Assembly: GCA_040357565.1 (NCBI GenBank)
Contig: JBDODJ010000033.1
Source of the DNA: Cercozoa sp. M6MM
Taxonomy: Eukaryota > Protista > Endomyxa: Ascetosporea
DNA: 64,000 nt
Reading direction: 5' to 3' (one strand)
Shown here: positions 28,212-42,271 of the stretch, piece after piece
How positions within the stretch are numbered: the stretch's first letter is position 1
How the letters are laid out: the number at the start of each line of letters is the position of its first letter
Program-made: the position numbers and the translations under genes
The notes under the pieces: generated by a model
What the model saw: the letters and a program-made list of their open reading frames with translations, nothing else
Told to the model about the DNA's origin: nothing
The model's database searches: none

Positions 28212-29463
28212 GTAAAGGGGTATGACCACCAGGTGCGCCAAGTAAGTCGCAAACGAGAGGCCGCAACACTTGCTCGCACTCTCACCTGCGGAGGTAGGGG
28301 TAAGAGGGGGAGGGGGTAAGGGGGCAAAGCGTACACGTGTGTTGGCGCACATGAGATCAAAGAGAGCGCCGGTGACGGTGCTGAGTTGAAGGACCACATG
28401 CGGCACACGTGTCACCCTCACTGTCAGTCAGTGGTATCAGTGTCACCGTCAGTGTCGGTGGGATCAGTCTCAGTCTCAGTGTCGGTGACACCTTCGGTGT
28501 CGTGGAGACACGACTGCTGGAAGCCCTCCGTTCCTGCGACATCAGACCATCTTTCCCCCCCCTCATCTTTACTCCCCTCTTACTACCACCCTGCCCCTCT
28601 TACTCCCACCCTACCTCCCCCTCTTACTCCCACTCTACCCCCATCTTACCCCTCTCCTTTACCCCTATCTTACCCCCGCCTTCCCCCAGGCAGAGTGCGA
28701 GTACCGAAGGAATAGCCGTGCTGCACGCGCACGTAGTCGTCTGTAGCCACTTCAGCAGCTGTAGCCAGTGTAGCCACTGCTGTAGTTGTTGTAGCCAGAC
28801 GACGACCCGGTTCACTGCCTCGCTGACAACGCACTCGCTCCACTGCCGGGGGCGGGGTAAGAGTGGTAAAGAGGCCACACAGAGGGGTAAACTGGGGGAG
28901 GGGGGTAAACTGGGGGGTAAACTGGGAGGTGTGTGCCCAGGCAGTGTTCCCCAGGGTTTGGTGTGTCCAGGCAGTGTTCCCCAGGGTTTGGTTGTGTGTC
29001 CAGGCAGTGTTGCCCAGAGTTTTAACAAGCCTGGTATGCTTGCTCGAGTACATGCAGACCCATGACGTAGCGAGTTGAAGCCACTGCTCAATTCCACAGG
29101 GCCCCACGAGCTCCAGCGTATGGCAGCCGTGCAGTCCCTGGCTCGGCGGTGACCTCTTGAAGGATTTTTACCCCCTAGATCGAACCTCTCTGCAGGTGCC
29201 TGGCGAGGCGTTTGCAACGCTGTCAGAAGTTGGCCTCGCACTAAACAAATAATCAACTTGGGCATGCGGCCTGTCTTGAGCCGGCGTGGTGGATGCGGTA
29301 AAGGACATGATGCGCGGCGTGCACAGCAAGACCCCGGCCGCCGGCAACATGCGCTGCATGTCCAGATGTCACTGGCCGACGCGACACTTGCGCAACCTGT
29401 CCGTTGTGTGCGCCACCTTTTTGCCGTTGCGTATTGCTCGATCGGTAGGTAACTAGTGACCAT
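27815..29463 (-). CDS. Hypothetical protein, multi-exon, model uncertain
   Basis: GC-rich exon-like segments separated by low-complexity G/C-run introns; no family recognised. Confidence 0.3.
28931..29021. repeat. ~30-bp minisatellite, about 3 copies (GTGTGTCCAGGCAGTGTTCCCCAGGGTTTG)
   Basis: Direct observation. Confidence 0.85.
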
Positions 29464-29568
29464 CCGCTTCAGCTCGGGCGTCCTGATTTAATTAAATTGA
29501 CTCATCAAGAAGGAAGCAGGCGATTTCGTCGCGAAGTCGACGTCTGTCCTTCTGACGCCTTTCGCCCG

Positions 29569-31830
29569 TCAAAACGCCACTCTTCCCTGCCACAAACAAA
29601 ACATATTCACACAAAACACATCGAAAAATTCAAGGTGTACCGGTAACAGGTGATAGCAATGCGACCTGCTCAACCACATCGCGCGGCCACAAGCTATCTT
29701 CGCCGCTGCAGAAACAGGAGTACGAACACATTTAGCAAAGGCAGAATGCGAACATACACGATGTTGATAATCTGTATGCAGGCGTCGCAGAGTGCGACCT
29801 TGTCTCTGCAGTGTGCACCCAATTGCGTGCACATACGAGCGCGTGCAAGAAAAGAAAACGTACAGCGCCAGTGACGCGTACATGGCCTGCGAACCAGCCT
29901 TGGGTCCAAGGGCACAAGGTGACACCGTGTCTCGGCACAGACGGCATCGCGAGTATACGAGGGGTTCTACATTGTACCGTGCTACGTCAGGAGACCGTAC
30001 ATACGTGTCAAATAACGATGATACCGCTGTCGTCATTCTGCGAAAAGAGTGCAGGAAACACCTCTCTAACCACACTAGAAAACTCAGTCTCGCTTGCTCT
30101 CTCCTCCTGCAGAACAATGCAAACTTCTCCGAGAAAACAAAGGTAAAAAAGAATCGTCCAACTTACCAGCCAAGCGGGAGGGGCTGCCATAGCCATGCCA
30201 GGCTGCATTCCAGCTGCAACAAACGCCGCTGCATCCGCAGGCGATTGCTTCAAACCACACATGAGTTCACATGAAAGCGCAGTGAACGATACGTGCAGCC
30301 GCTGTACCAACTTGGCGACACAGCGCAGCACATTGGCGGAAGCAGCCGGAAATGCGTGTCGCATTTGCGCCAAGAAGGCTAAAGGGCCACAGAATTTATG
30401 GACAGCAGACACAATTACGTTTAAGCTCACACTCAGCGACGCGGTTGACGCCAGCACGCGCAGCAGGTAGCATAGTACAGAAGGCAGGCGACACAAACTG
30501 TCCGTATTTCAGTGTCACGGGAGACATCGTAGTGCAAGCAATAGCAATGACAGAACGAAACTGCGTACTGTGGAAAGCTGCAGGTGTCGACACAGCAGCG
30601 TGGCATATTTCGTCGAAACGTTGAGCAGAGGACGTGCCACACGCAGCACTCGGTTTTCATGTTCCTCAGCAACAATGTCGGCATGGGCAATGCACTCGAA
30701 CGGACTCCTACATCGACTGGAACTAACTTTATAAAAATAGGTCATGTATCTACTTACACATATTGCGGCGCAGCAAAGCCACGCTTTTTCAGCACTGCTT
30801 GGAGTGCATCACAGGCTGCACGATCGCTGCTAGTGCCCAGAAGCAGCGTTTCGCACTGCATCCTTTGGCACACCAACACAACACACACATTGTCGAAGCA
30901 AACGTCAATCAGGAGAGTCAACGTCGCTGTGTTACCTCAGAGCGAATCGACACAGTGCGCGCATCACAAAGAAACGCAACACGTCGTCTGCGAGCGATGG
31001 GCTGTACAAACAACACGATGCCAGATACACATACAGTTAAAAAAAAACTACCTGGATCGACGGGCATTGTCGAGCAACTGTTGCAGCTGATCGCACTTGC
31101 ACTCGTCCTCAATACTGTCGACAGGGACGTATGTGGCATCCAGTAAACCGGTGCAAACGCAAACAGTGTGCACGCCCAGATCAAAATCCTGCAGTGCGAA
31201 AAAAAGGTGATAAAATAAACTAGCCATAACAAGAGAAAGAACAACCTCACTTGGAAGTGTTTGCGCGAGGGTGCCTTGGTCCAGTGTCGCAACGCGATCC
31301 GAGAAAGGCAGCACATTGCCACAGTTCACATGGCACACTGCTGCCGAGAAAAACATGCGCTTCCTGCGAGAGTAGACAGTTACTAAACGCCCCATCCCGA
31401 AAACAGAGCTACACAAACCTAGCGCGGGTGCTGCGACTCTCTGCCGCCATCGCCGCCATCAACATTGAGTGCGCACCTCCTGTAAACACAAATCACACCC
31501 GATATTTCGAGACAGTTTCTGTCAATGTACCTGACACTGCAAAAAGGCAGCGACGTCCTCGCCTGCAAAACATGGCAAAACAATCGGAGCGAAATCACGC
31601 TGCTGGGGACCTTCGCAAGAGCAACGCACCGCATCTGAGCGGCATTTCGAAGAGCTGTCTTGAAACGACGTTGCACAAACTCGCGCAGGCAATTACCGCA
31701 CGTCTCGTTTCGCGGCGGAAGCTGCACGAGGATTTAACAACGTTGTGAGCAACGCAAAAGCCCAAGGAAACTCACACGCAGAATCACACGCCTTGACGCG
31801 TCCTTGCACTTAGTACACACAAGTGTCATC
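29569..31830 (-). CDS. Hypothetical protein, multi-exon
   Basis: Series of GT-AG bounded open segments on the minus strand, divergent from RRP12; no family recognised. Confidence 0.35.
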
Positions 31831-31993
31831 TTCTGTCCGTTAAAGTTACCCGCGAACAATAGAATGCACCATACACACGCTTTCTCAGAACATGATTCCG
31901 CCGCCTTAGCCAAAATTATAAAAAACGCAGCCTTAGCCAATCATTGTTTTAGTGGTGTCACAGAAATCTGTTGTGCGAGTGAGCGTGTGCACT

Positions 31994-33885
31994 ATGAGCG
32001 ATCCTTTCGCGCATCTGCGACGCGCACAGGGCGACTCTGCCGTCGCCTCTGTAATACATTTGTGTTGATTATGTATTTGTTGATGTACAAGTGCTATTTT
32101 GTGTATCGGTTTTACGTATTGTTTTTATTTGAAGGCGGCGGCGCTGTTGTTGAAATCGATGGACGAGGCGATCAAGCAAAAGGACACGTCGAAGCTGGAC
32201 CCGGTATGCATACTGCTGATTATAGTGTCTCATCAATGTTATATGCTGACACAACATGCAGACGGTGGTGTACTTTGGTCTCCTAATGACCTACCTCGAC
32301 GGTGAGGCAGCCGAGCGACAGGTACACTGACGCATACGCGCGGATGCCTCAGAATGTTATGCTGTGTGACAGGCCAAGAAATTCGGCGCCTGCGTGTATT
32401 TGCTCGGACACCTGCTGCCGCAAGTTCCTGTACCGCGTTTCTTTTGTTTTAACCCCACCGATCTCTTTTTTGGTCGTTTGCTGACTTGGCTCATCGTCGG
32501 TTTTTGCTGTGTGTCTGGTAGTCTGGTCCGGTGCACCGCTTCGTGGACACGATCGCCGAGGCACTGCTGGAGGTGATGCAACAACTTGGCCCGCGCAACA
32601 CGGTAACTCGGCTCCTCTTTGTCCCCTGCTCTACCTTACCCTCCTCTGCCCTGTCTTGCTCTACCTTATTCACCCTATCTACCCCTTCCTGTCTAACCTA
32701 CCATGCCCCGCGCTAACCCTACCCTTATCTTCTCAGGACGTGCTTCGCGCGTGCCTGCTGTGTGGCGCGAGACTGCTGTGCCACCTGACGCCGCGCATGT
32801 GGAAGCAGCGTGAGAATGGTGTGCATCTTTACCCCCCTTACCCCTGCCCTCTTTAGCCTGCTTCCTAACTCCCTACACCCTTTACTTTCTACCCCCATGA
32901 CCCGCCCCCCGATAAACTGATGACACACGAGCAGGCCAGAAGCTGCTGCGTTCGATCCTTTACTTTGCCGTCGACAGTAGACCCAAGGTACATTTGTACT
33001 TTGTGCATGTTCCGTTCATATAGACAGCGGTGAGTGATTAAGGGAGCGCTCGTTTGTAGGTGCGTCAGGACGCGCGCCGCGGCCTCGAACTCGTCCTGTC
33101 AGAGGCGTCGATGCAACTGATCGCGGGTCGCGATCACACCGTCAGTGATGGTGCTGCACGTGTGCCGTCCACCGTGGCAGAAACCGTTGCTGACTACGCT
33201 CTGCGACAGCTGCATGGCACCACGGTAGCTCCTGTCTGTACCCTTTACCCCCTTTACCCCCCCCCCCCCCCCGGTGGTACAGTTGGGCGACGCTGTGTCG
33301 ACACTGACGGCGACACTGACGATGTCGTCCATTTTGGTGCTTCCTTTTTCTACACCCCACTTTGCCCCCTTTACTCCCTCCTTTACCCCCCCCCCCCGAA
33401 TGTAGATGGCGTCGCTGCACTTGCTGTCGGTGGAGTCGCAGCACGCGCTGCTGCAGGCCGTGCTGGCCTTGCTCACGCAGGCGCAACAGGCGCGCAAGGT
33501 GGCGTTTCTTTCTGTCTGTCCATGTGTTACTCAAAGATCAAGCAGATCGATCATGCCGATCAGTCACTGGTTGCAGGCGATCAGTTGGTCATGGTTTGTT
33601 TTGCATTTGATCTGCAGGAACGAACGGCGGACCGATCGCTGCGACTCTCGATCTTCCGACTGCTGAATCGCTTCTTTGACTCCATGTAACTGCCTCAAAA
33701 ATAACTGCACCAAGTGCAGTACAAATGGACCGTCCGTGTACTTATGCATGTGGCTATTCTGGACATTCGGGCAGGACGGGCGAACACGAGCTGGCGCAAC
33801 TCGTGCTGCAGGAGACTCTGACGCGCCGACCGAACCTGCGCGCCGACGCTGAGATCGTACCCTTGTGACCACACACACACACACA

Positions 33886-33950
<65 letters not shown>

Positions 33951-33960
33951 NNNNNNNNNN

Positions 33961-34010
<50 letters not shown>

Positions 34011-35239
34011 GTGATCGGTGTGACGGTGTGATCGCTGAGTGCTGATGATACCGATCATTGTTTGTGTGTGCACGTGTGACCACAGGGCGCCTGGCTCAAT
34101 GCCGTGTCAGCCGGTGCCGCGCGCTGCGAGATCGGCGTGGCGTGCCGTGTGACTCGGTACATCTTGTCTACCCCTTACGTCCTCCCTGCCTTCACCCCTA
34201 TTGGGGACCTGTGCAGTGAGTGCGCCCAAGTGATGCTGAGCGACTACTCGCAGGCCGACGCGGTGCGTGCTGTCACGGTTGCTTGAGTTTTAGATCCCCT
34301 CCCCCTTGTACCTCCTCTGACCCTCCTCCGTCCCCATCGCAGGTGGCGAGCGATGCACTGCGTCACGTGCTGCGCGGCGTCTTCTCGGAGGAGCGCAAGC
34401 GTCTGCTGTTCCCGCTGCTGGTGCGCGCACTTTGGTGTCCGCGCGGACGCGTGCGAATGTCGACTAGTTGTTGCATGTGCAGAAGGAGAGCGGACGCAGC
34501 TGGGCGCACGAGCTCGTCGACATGCTGCGGTATTTCCCGTCTGGTGCCTGTGTATCTGTATGTGTGTCCATATGGACTCTACATATACACGTACACGTGA
34601 ACTGTACACATGGACTGTACTTTGTGCAGGTCGATGATGACACTCAAACACCGCAGCCTGTGGTCGCAGGCGCTGCAGGTGATTGGCGCCACGTGCAGTC
34701 ACCTGGGTCGCAACGAGAGCCTGTACTGCCCTTCTTTATCCTCTTTGCCCCCCCCCCCCATTATCCTCTACCCACGGTGTACACAGCGAGCAAGACGAGC
34801 TGATCGGCAATCTGCTCAAGCCGTTGCTGGATGAGGTGCGCACATTGTCCTTGCTGTGTGTCCGCGCGGATGTCCCACTTGTGTGCTCTGAACTGAAACG
34901 TGTGTGTGTGCAGTTGCTGGCGCTATACGGAAGCGAGCACTGCACGCAGCATGGCGAGATCCGCAAGGCGCTGGCTGGCGTGTGTCGCACGCTCCGACTG
35001 CCGACGGTGCTGCGCGTGCTGCCGCTGCACGTGCGACCTGGTGGGCTACCTTCCTGCACCACGTGTCTCGCTGTGCACGTGTGTGTGTGTGGCATTTGGC
35101 ATGTGTATGTGCATGTACGCAGTGCTGGAGGCACCGGACGCGGCGTCGTTCGCGCAGGCACTCAAGCAGTGCAACGACTGGCTGCTCGACGTGATCGCCG
35201 ACAACCCACGTGCGCGCCAGTCGCTGCTATTCTGGACCG

Positions 35240-35280
<41 letters not shown>

Positions 35281-37251
35281 ATCGTTCACTCACTCAGTGT
35301 CGCTGTGACCACCCTGACTGGTCACGTGGTCCGCGTGTCTGTAGGAACATGCTGCCGCTCGCAACGGGTCTGCAGGAGCTCGCGCAGCGTGTCGACAACC
35401 AGTGTAGGTCGCAGTTATGCCCCCTCCCCCCTATCCCCTACCTGTTACCCCTTACTCCCTACCCAGCGGCTGCTCGCTCTGCGTCGGGTCTGTCGCGCAA
35501 GGTGTGGCGCACGCTGACGGCCGTGGCCGAGGCGCCCGTCGGTATCTCCGAGGCGCTACCGACGCTGCTGCCGGCCTTGACCAGTGTACACGTGGCCACA
35601 CTCCTGTGTGACTGGAGTGATCACGAGTCACTCGAATGATCACTCAAGGCACATGAGTGCAAAAAGTACCTGTTGTATGACTCGGCGTGGACAGGCACTG
35701 GAGGTTCCGAGTGCACGTGGCAGTGTGTGCCAGTTCCTGGCATCGTTCGGTGACCACGCCGTCGCCTACAACTCCATCGGCGAGGGCAGTCTTGAGGGCG
35801 TGCTGCCTGTGGGCAAGGTGCTTTACCCCCCCCCCCCCCGTTACCCTCATCTACCCCCCTGCCCATGTGAAATAGGTGGTCCTTCCGGCGCTGTTTGCTG
35901 TTCTTGGCACTGGTACTTTTTGGCATGTAATCACTGGCATGCGGTCACTGGCGCGTGCTCACTAACTGTGTGGCCACTCACGGTGTGCATGTGCGCAGTC
36001 TCGCAGAACGACGGTGCCGCGCGGCAGCCGCTGCTGCACGCTGTGCAGTACTACGTCCTTTTTGCCCCCCCCCACCCCAGTTACCCCTCGTTACCTCAGG
36101 CAAATGGCACTGGCTTGTCGCAAAGCCGTCGATGCGAGCACAGAGTCGGGTACTGCATTTACCTTTCCCCGTACCCCTATACCCATACCCTATATTCCCT
36201 TTACCCCCCTCCCCCCGATGCAGTGGACGATGTGGTGTCAACGCTGTTTCGCGCTGCCGCCACCAAGCAGCTGCGTGAACAGCGTGACCTGCCGCAGGTA
36301 CTGCTCCCTTATTCAAGTTAAAATATGCCCTCGTAACTGACAGCAGCACCCTTAACTGAGTTCCCTTAATCAATACTCATGATGTAGCAACTGTCAAGTG
36401 CGCGATCGCCGGCCGAGAAGAGCTGGCGTCACAAGCAGGTAGACTAACGTTGCCCATTTACCCACCCTTACCCCTTACCCCTTACCCCTTACCCCTTCCC
36501 CGGACAGCACCTGGCCCGTGTGCACGTGCTGATGGACGTGTGCGCTCACTTGGCGCCTGCGCTGACTGCTGCAGACGCCGATCTGCTCTGGCGTGTGGTA
36601 GCCCTCACTTGCACTTTAGCCCCCTCCTTGCCCCCTTTACCCTCCCCCTCCCCGCATAGGTGGCACCGGCGCTGCAGCGGAGTGAGGACGGCGGCGAGGA
36701 GGTTGAGCTGCGGCACGCGGGCGACGTGTGTCAGAAGAAGGCGCTGGTGACACTGCGCGCACTCTGCATCGCCGGCGACGGCTTTGTGCAGCGACACAAG
36801 AGTACACGCTGCTTCCTCTCCTCCGCCTATATCCTTCCTATCGTTTTTGTCTGTTCTTTTTGTGTTATATGTCTTGTGTGTGCAGCCGAGGTGGCACAGG
36901 CACTCGAGTCCACTGCGGTAGATCACTTTTTCCCCCCCCCCCCCCCCCCTCTCCCCTCCTTCACCTTGTTGCCTCAGGCATCGACTGCGCCGACGGCCAA
37001 GAAACAGCGCTTCCGTGCGCTGCGTGCCTTCTTGGTGAGCGCTGCTTTCGCCCCCACCCTCTCATTTACCCCTTTACCCCCCTCCACACACAACACCACA
37101 CACACACACACACACACAGGCCAGTCTCGACATGAGCGAGATCGCCGACGAGACGTTGTTGCTGCGTTTCTTGGGTACCACGTGTCACCTGACTGATCTA
37201 CACACTAGTGTTCCCACTGAGTGACTGACCGAGCGGTGTGACTGACTGACG

Positions 37252-37299
<48 letters not shown>

Positions 37300-37309
37300 N
37301 NNNNNNNNN

Positions 37310-37357
<48 letters not shown>

Positions 37358-37766
37358 CCACTTAGGCGAGCTGCTGATCGCGCGACGTGAGCAGTCCAAG
37401 GCGACGCGTGCCAACGCCGCCGACGCACTTTTGGTAGTTTCGTCTTCCGCGCGGAGGTGCACATGAACAGGTACGATGTACGTGGGCAGGTCGTGGCTGA
37501 GAATGCGTACAACTCGGGCCGCATCGTGCAGCTTCTGCAGGTAGGCAGGAGTTTCTTCCTTTAGAGAAGGGGCCGTCCGCGCGGACGGTTTAATCTATGT
37601 GTGTGTGCTGTGTGGTGACAGGCCATGTCGGCCGGTCTGGCCGGCGCGTCCACGCTGATGCAGGCTGCCACGGTGGACGCTCTCGGCGACGTTTTCGTCT
37701 CGTGTGACGGCGTCATTGACGCGTACACACTTTCCTCTTAACCCCCTCTGACCCCCCTCCCCCAAC

Positions 37767-37820
<54 letters not shown>

Positions 37821-39315
37821 AGTGAGGTGCAAGTGGCGCTGCTCAAGACGGTGTTTGCCAAGATGCGTCAGACGTCGCGTGATGTAGTCACTTTGTACAG
37901 ATACACCTGTGGAGTGTATATGTCGTGTACATATATCTTGGGGTACAGGTGGTGACGTCGACGATGGACTTTGCCAAGAAGGTGGTGCGACTGGTCGACA
38001 AGACACAGGTGCTGCTGCCGGTGCTGCCGGACCTGCTGCAGGGCATGCTCTTCTGGTGCGACGAGGCCGACAATCCCTTCCGTTTGCCGCTGCGCAATCT
38101 GTACCCTCCCCTTTAGCCCTTGCCCCTACCTTACTCTTACCCCCTTACCTCGACCCGTCAGACTGGCCAAGCTGATGCGCATCGTGGGCGACGAAGAGAT
38201 CGCGCGCACCTGGCCGGAGCGACATTCGCGACTGTAGAATTTCTTGCCCCCATTGGGCCCCCCCCCCCCGCGCGCATCCCCTGTATGATAGACTGCGCTA
38301 CGTGCGCAAGGAAGAGTCACGACGTCGCAAAACTCGCGCCGACGAAGAGGCAGCCAAGAAGTCGTCGTCGAAGGGTACTCACTCTTAATAATACCCCTCC
38401 CCACACCCTTTACTCTCCACCCGCAGAGGCTCAGACTTTTGAGGACATCTTGCATGCCGACTCGGACGACGAGGAGGTACCCCCTCCCGTGTACCTCTTG
38501 TCCCTGTCTCACCTGCCTATCTTTCACAGAACGAAGATATGCGGGTTGTGCTCGATGACGAGGCCGAGGTATCGTGTCGCGCTTATCCTTCCTTTTATTT
38601 CCTCCTCATACTTCTTGATGATACACAGACGGATCTGCAAGACGGCGGTCTCAGAGTGTTCAAGTCGAGCTCTGCCGTGGGTCAGAAGCGTCGGCGACAG
38701 GCGCTACCGACCGTGCAGGGCAAGCTGCTCGTGTCCGAAAGTATCCTGCCCTGTGTTTGTTGTTGTACCCCCCCCCCCCTACCTGTCCCTGTTTGTGTGC
38801 TCAGACACATCTCAGTCAGTGCTGGGACGCCGTTCGCGAGAGGACGAAACGCCTGACCCGGAGCAGAACGTCCGACCGGCGCTCGGTCACGAGGAGGACG
38901 CACTGCGCGCACGCAAGAGAGTACTTGTCCCTATCTTTCTCTATATCTATCTCTCTATCTATCTCTGTCTGTCTGTATATTTTATATACAACCACATGCA
39001 CACCTGTGCTCCCGTAGGCACGCACCACGGCGCGACAGCAGCGTCGCCAGCAGAAGCAGACACCGGGCGATGGCAGCGCCCTGCACATTACGGCCGTGGC
39101 GCCCTCGATTATGAACAAGCGACACCGCCGCGAGGCCAAGTCGCGCTTCGGCGGCCTCGTGCGTGCCGCCCAGAAGGTGCCCTCTTTTTCTGCGCTCTGT
39201 GCCTCCTCCTTTTTCATGCTGCGTCTTGGTACCGTTATTGCACACATACATACACACACAGGGTGCCTTGCAAGGCCGTCGTGCCGGTGTGCGCGATCGC
39301 GTTAAGAGACGGTAG
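31994..39315 (+). CDS. RRP12: RRP12-like ribosome biogenesis HEAT/NUC173 protein, many short exons
   Basis: Spliced VYFGLLM..YLLGHLLPQVP..FAVDSRPK|VRQDAR, VLRVLPL, QKKALVTL, KKQRFRAL, VVTSTMDFAK, C-terminal FGGLVRAAQK|GALQGRR. Confidence 0.85.
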
Positions 39316-39534
39316 TTTCACCTGACCATTCTCAAGCTCCGCTCAAGAAAGCTTGCGTTGACCCGGACGGACGGGAGTTGAGGCATGACCCAAACCATCT
39401 GTTTAGTCGTGCTGTAGCCTCGCCTGAGTTTCTTTCTAGTTGCACATTCAATTCACTTTTTTGCTTCATTTGCATCGAGCTCTGTCCAGTCGTCGCGTTC
39501 GGTTGCATGTCTGCACGTTAAGTCTGTTTGTTTA

Positions 39535-40058
39535 AAATGCACCACCGATTGCTGGAATGCAAAGTAACGGAAGCTATCAGAAACAACACAAATGCGGCTC
39601 AGTGGCGCACAATTGAAGACATACTGGCCAACCCTGAGAACCTAGCAACACTCAACAGAATGCACCAAGGCACCAAGATCTCCTGGGACGAAGAAGCAAC
39701 TGTCGAAGGACAACCAGCCTCCCAGCAGGCAATGGACCGAGAGGTCCCCGACATAGACTAGGCCACCACTCACAGCAGTGGTGGCCCTAAGTCTATGTCT
39801 GATTGCTTGCTTCGTTATCGAGTGGAGAGACGGGAGGAGGACGACGGGACGACCGACACCGCCTGCGACGCCTCTCTACTTGTAGCCCGCTACCTGCACC
39901 AACCATGAAGTCGACTTCGGTGTCTGGGGAACGTCAAAAGGGGAGTTGTATGGTCCTACCCTAAGCGGGCGGTAGACACGGCCATGCTCTTGTGACCCAT
40001 CTCAGACTGGTGCAGGGGAACTACATAGTTGGTTTCCTAGAAGACTCAACTAACTAAC
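39535..40058 (+). mobile_element. 5'-truncated non-LTR (LINE-like) retroelement remnant with 3' hairpin and (TAAC)n tail
   Basis: ORF end HHRLLECKVTEAIR resembles the HxLxxC end of a LINE ORF2 zinc knuckle; hairpin 39750-39799; AACTAACTAAC tail; imperfect ~15-bp TSD (39519-39534 vs 40059-40073). Confidence 0.65.
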
Positions 40059-40086
40059 TAAGTCAGTTGTTTACGGAACTCAGTAT

Positions 40087-42271
40087 CTAACGCGCGCGAC
40101 GACGGAACGAGGTGGTGGTCGAATGAAAGCGCACTCTGCAAGTGTGCAAATGTTTGCACAGGACCGACCGGACACAATAGCCAGCATCCATCCGAAAAAG
40201 TCAAATTACAGAGGTGAATCGCTGCGTGCGATCTGCCAAGGCCGCAGCAGCTGCAGTCGCTCGTCATCCCTGCGACACATGACAGTGACCGTAGCATGCT
40301 TTACACGCCCAGACTCGGTACGATAGAACCATCTCTGGTGAACAAATCAGGGTACACAATGGCAAAGTCGTCAAACGCGTCATCACCGGCGCCAATGCCC
40401 CAGGTGTCCACAGGTGTGCCACTCACGCCATCTGATTGCAAACACTTTTTGTTCCCCACTGGAAAATCAAAAAAAAAAAAAAAATCGTACAGTCCGTCTC
40501 GCCGATGAGAACGTACTCCAGCACAGACGGGAATGCGCGAATGGTGCGGGACAAGTCCAAGCCTGAATATAAGTACGCTCAATTTTATAATACAGTATGA
40601 ATAGACTAAGAGAAAGACCCATCGGCATCCACGAAAGCAGCACGATTTGTGCCGGCACGTGCGTCAGTGCCTCCTGTGCATCCCATGGTTGCACACTGCC
40701 GCTGCTGGATGGCGCCAGATCGGAGGCAACGAATGTCACACTCAACGACAAAGCACACTGCTGCAACTTGACACTCACTGCACGCTCAAGAAAGTGCGTC
40801 AGTCGACCGTCACCGGCTGGGCAAAAAGCAGAGAGTTCGTGTTCTGCACATACATAACCGTGCAGACAAAAGGGTTTACGTACCTGCAATTTCAAGTATT
40901 TGGATTGAGTTTCGCCTGAGTAACACATGCAATACCAGGTCTAAGCTTCACAGCATCAATATAAAGAGCGCAAGCGAGAAACCGTACCTGCACTGTGACA
41001 CAGGAGAGGCGAAGTTCGCATCCACAAAGGGAAGGTTGAGACAGGTGTCTTTGACAAAAGTGTCGTTGTTGTACTCGAGTGCCCTGGTGATTACGTAGTT
41101 CGCTAGTGCGTCGATGTACTCGAGCGTCCAAACTTCACACAGACGCGACTCGCGGTTCGTTGCGTAGTACAGGAACGATTGCGGCTGCACACAGTGAAGC
41201 ACCACAACTTTAAACGAACAAAAGAGTGTTATGAGTCATGTTATACAGTAATGTAGCGCCTCGGCACGTCTGCGAACGAAAGAGCCCGCGCAACTGTGCT
41301 TCTGTCCTCGAGTGGAATGTTGGTGACCAGATACGGCCATCTTGGGTCCAGGAAGGGAAACACCCTTATCAAAGTCATGTGTCTGAAGTATAGAACGTGA
41401 AAGCAACAGATCTGCACATCGATTTAAATAGAACAGAGTACGAAGGCAAGTATGCCGGCTGCATCAGCAAGTGGACTTCGTAGTCAGACGTATCTTTTTC
41501 CAGAGCTGGTGCGAACAAGCTCACTTCATCGACTTCTTCCGTTTCGCCGCTCTGAGTGATAAGAATTACTTAAGGAAATCCAACGCGTTACCCATCCAAA
41601 GGAACACGAGAGGCTCCCTACATAAAGAAGATTTTCTAGCTCGGCCAGCAGTCGGCTTCCGGCGACATAATTGCGCAGGTAGCCTTGCTCTTGTACTCTA
41701 CACGCGCGCATTTCTAGTTGAACCACTCATTCACAAGCGAGCACAGACCTTGATGGGTGCGCTTTGACTTGTTGCTTCCATTCCCGTTTCGTTGATATCC
41801 GCGAGGCTGAATCAAGCCAATGCATGGGTTTATGAAGCGGTTAGTTGTGACCTACATTTTGCTTGTTTCGAGAGCTCTTTGAAGAGATCGACTCGACCGT
41901 CGGCTAAAGTTTCTTGCAACTTTACCTCAGGTGCTGCAACAAGTGCGTACAATGCATCAGCACGGTCTTTCACCTGCAGTTACGTATGTGCTATGTTGAA
42001 AGTCGAAATCGCAGGCCTGCTTTTCTGTTACCTCTCGCTGCGCACGGAGTACGAGCGACTCGCCTTCGTGACTAAACTTGTCTCCTTCGCTGGGAATGAC
42101 AAGCGAAGGTGCGTTGCGTTCTGCGGTTCAGTTACGACAGTGCGGAACAAATGACACACACGAGCGTTGTGACACTGCACCTTTGTTGGCAAAACGAAGA
42201 GCCTCTTCGCGCGATCGCACACTAGCTTGCACGGGCGAAAGCACGCATAACAATAACAACACGAGAGCCAT
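40087..42271 (-). CDS. Class I SAM-dependent methyltransferase-like protein with N-terminal signal-like segment, multi-exon
   Basis: ILEIA|AGDGRLTHFL (motif I), FVASD, IVLLSWMPMG, YVLIGETD..TWG; N-terminus MALVLLLLCVLSPVQA; could be two genes. Confidence 0.6.

Noticed and set aside
28931-29021. 30-bp repeats as a CRISPR-like array
   Set aside because: Tandem without unique spacers; eukaryotic minisatellite
39750-40058. Hammerhead or HDV ribozyme in the retroelement remnant
   Set aside because: No CUGANGA/GAAA core or nested pseudoknot could be identified by eye
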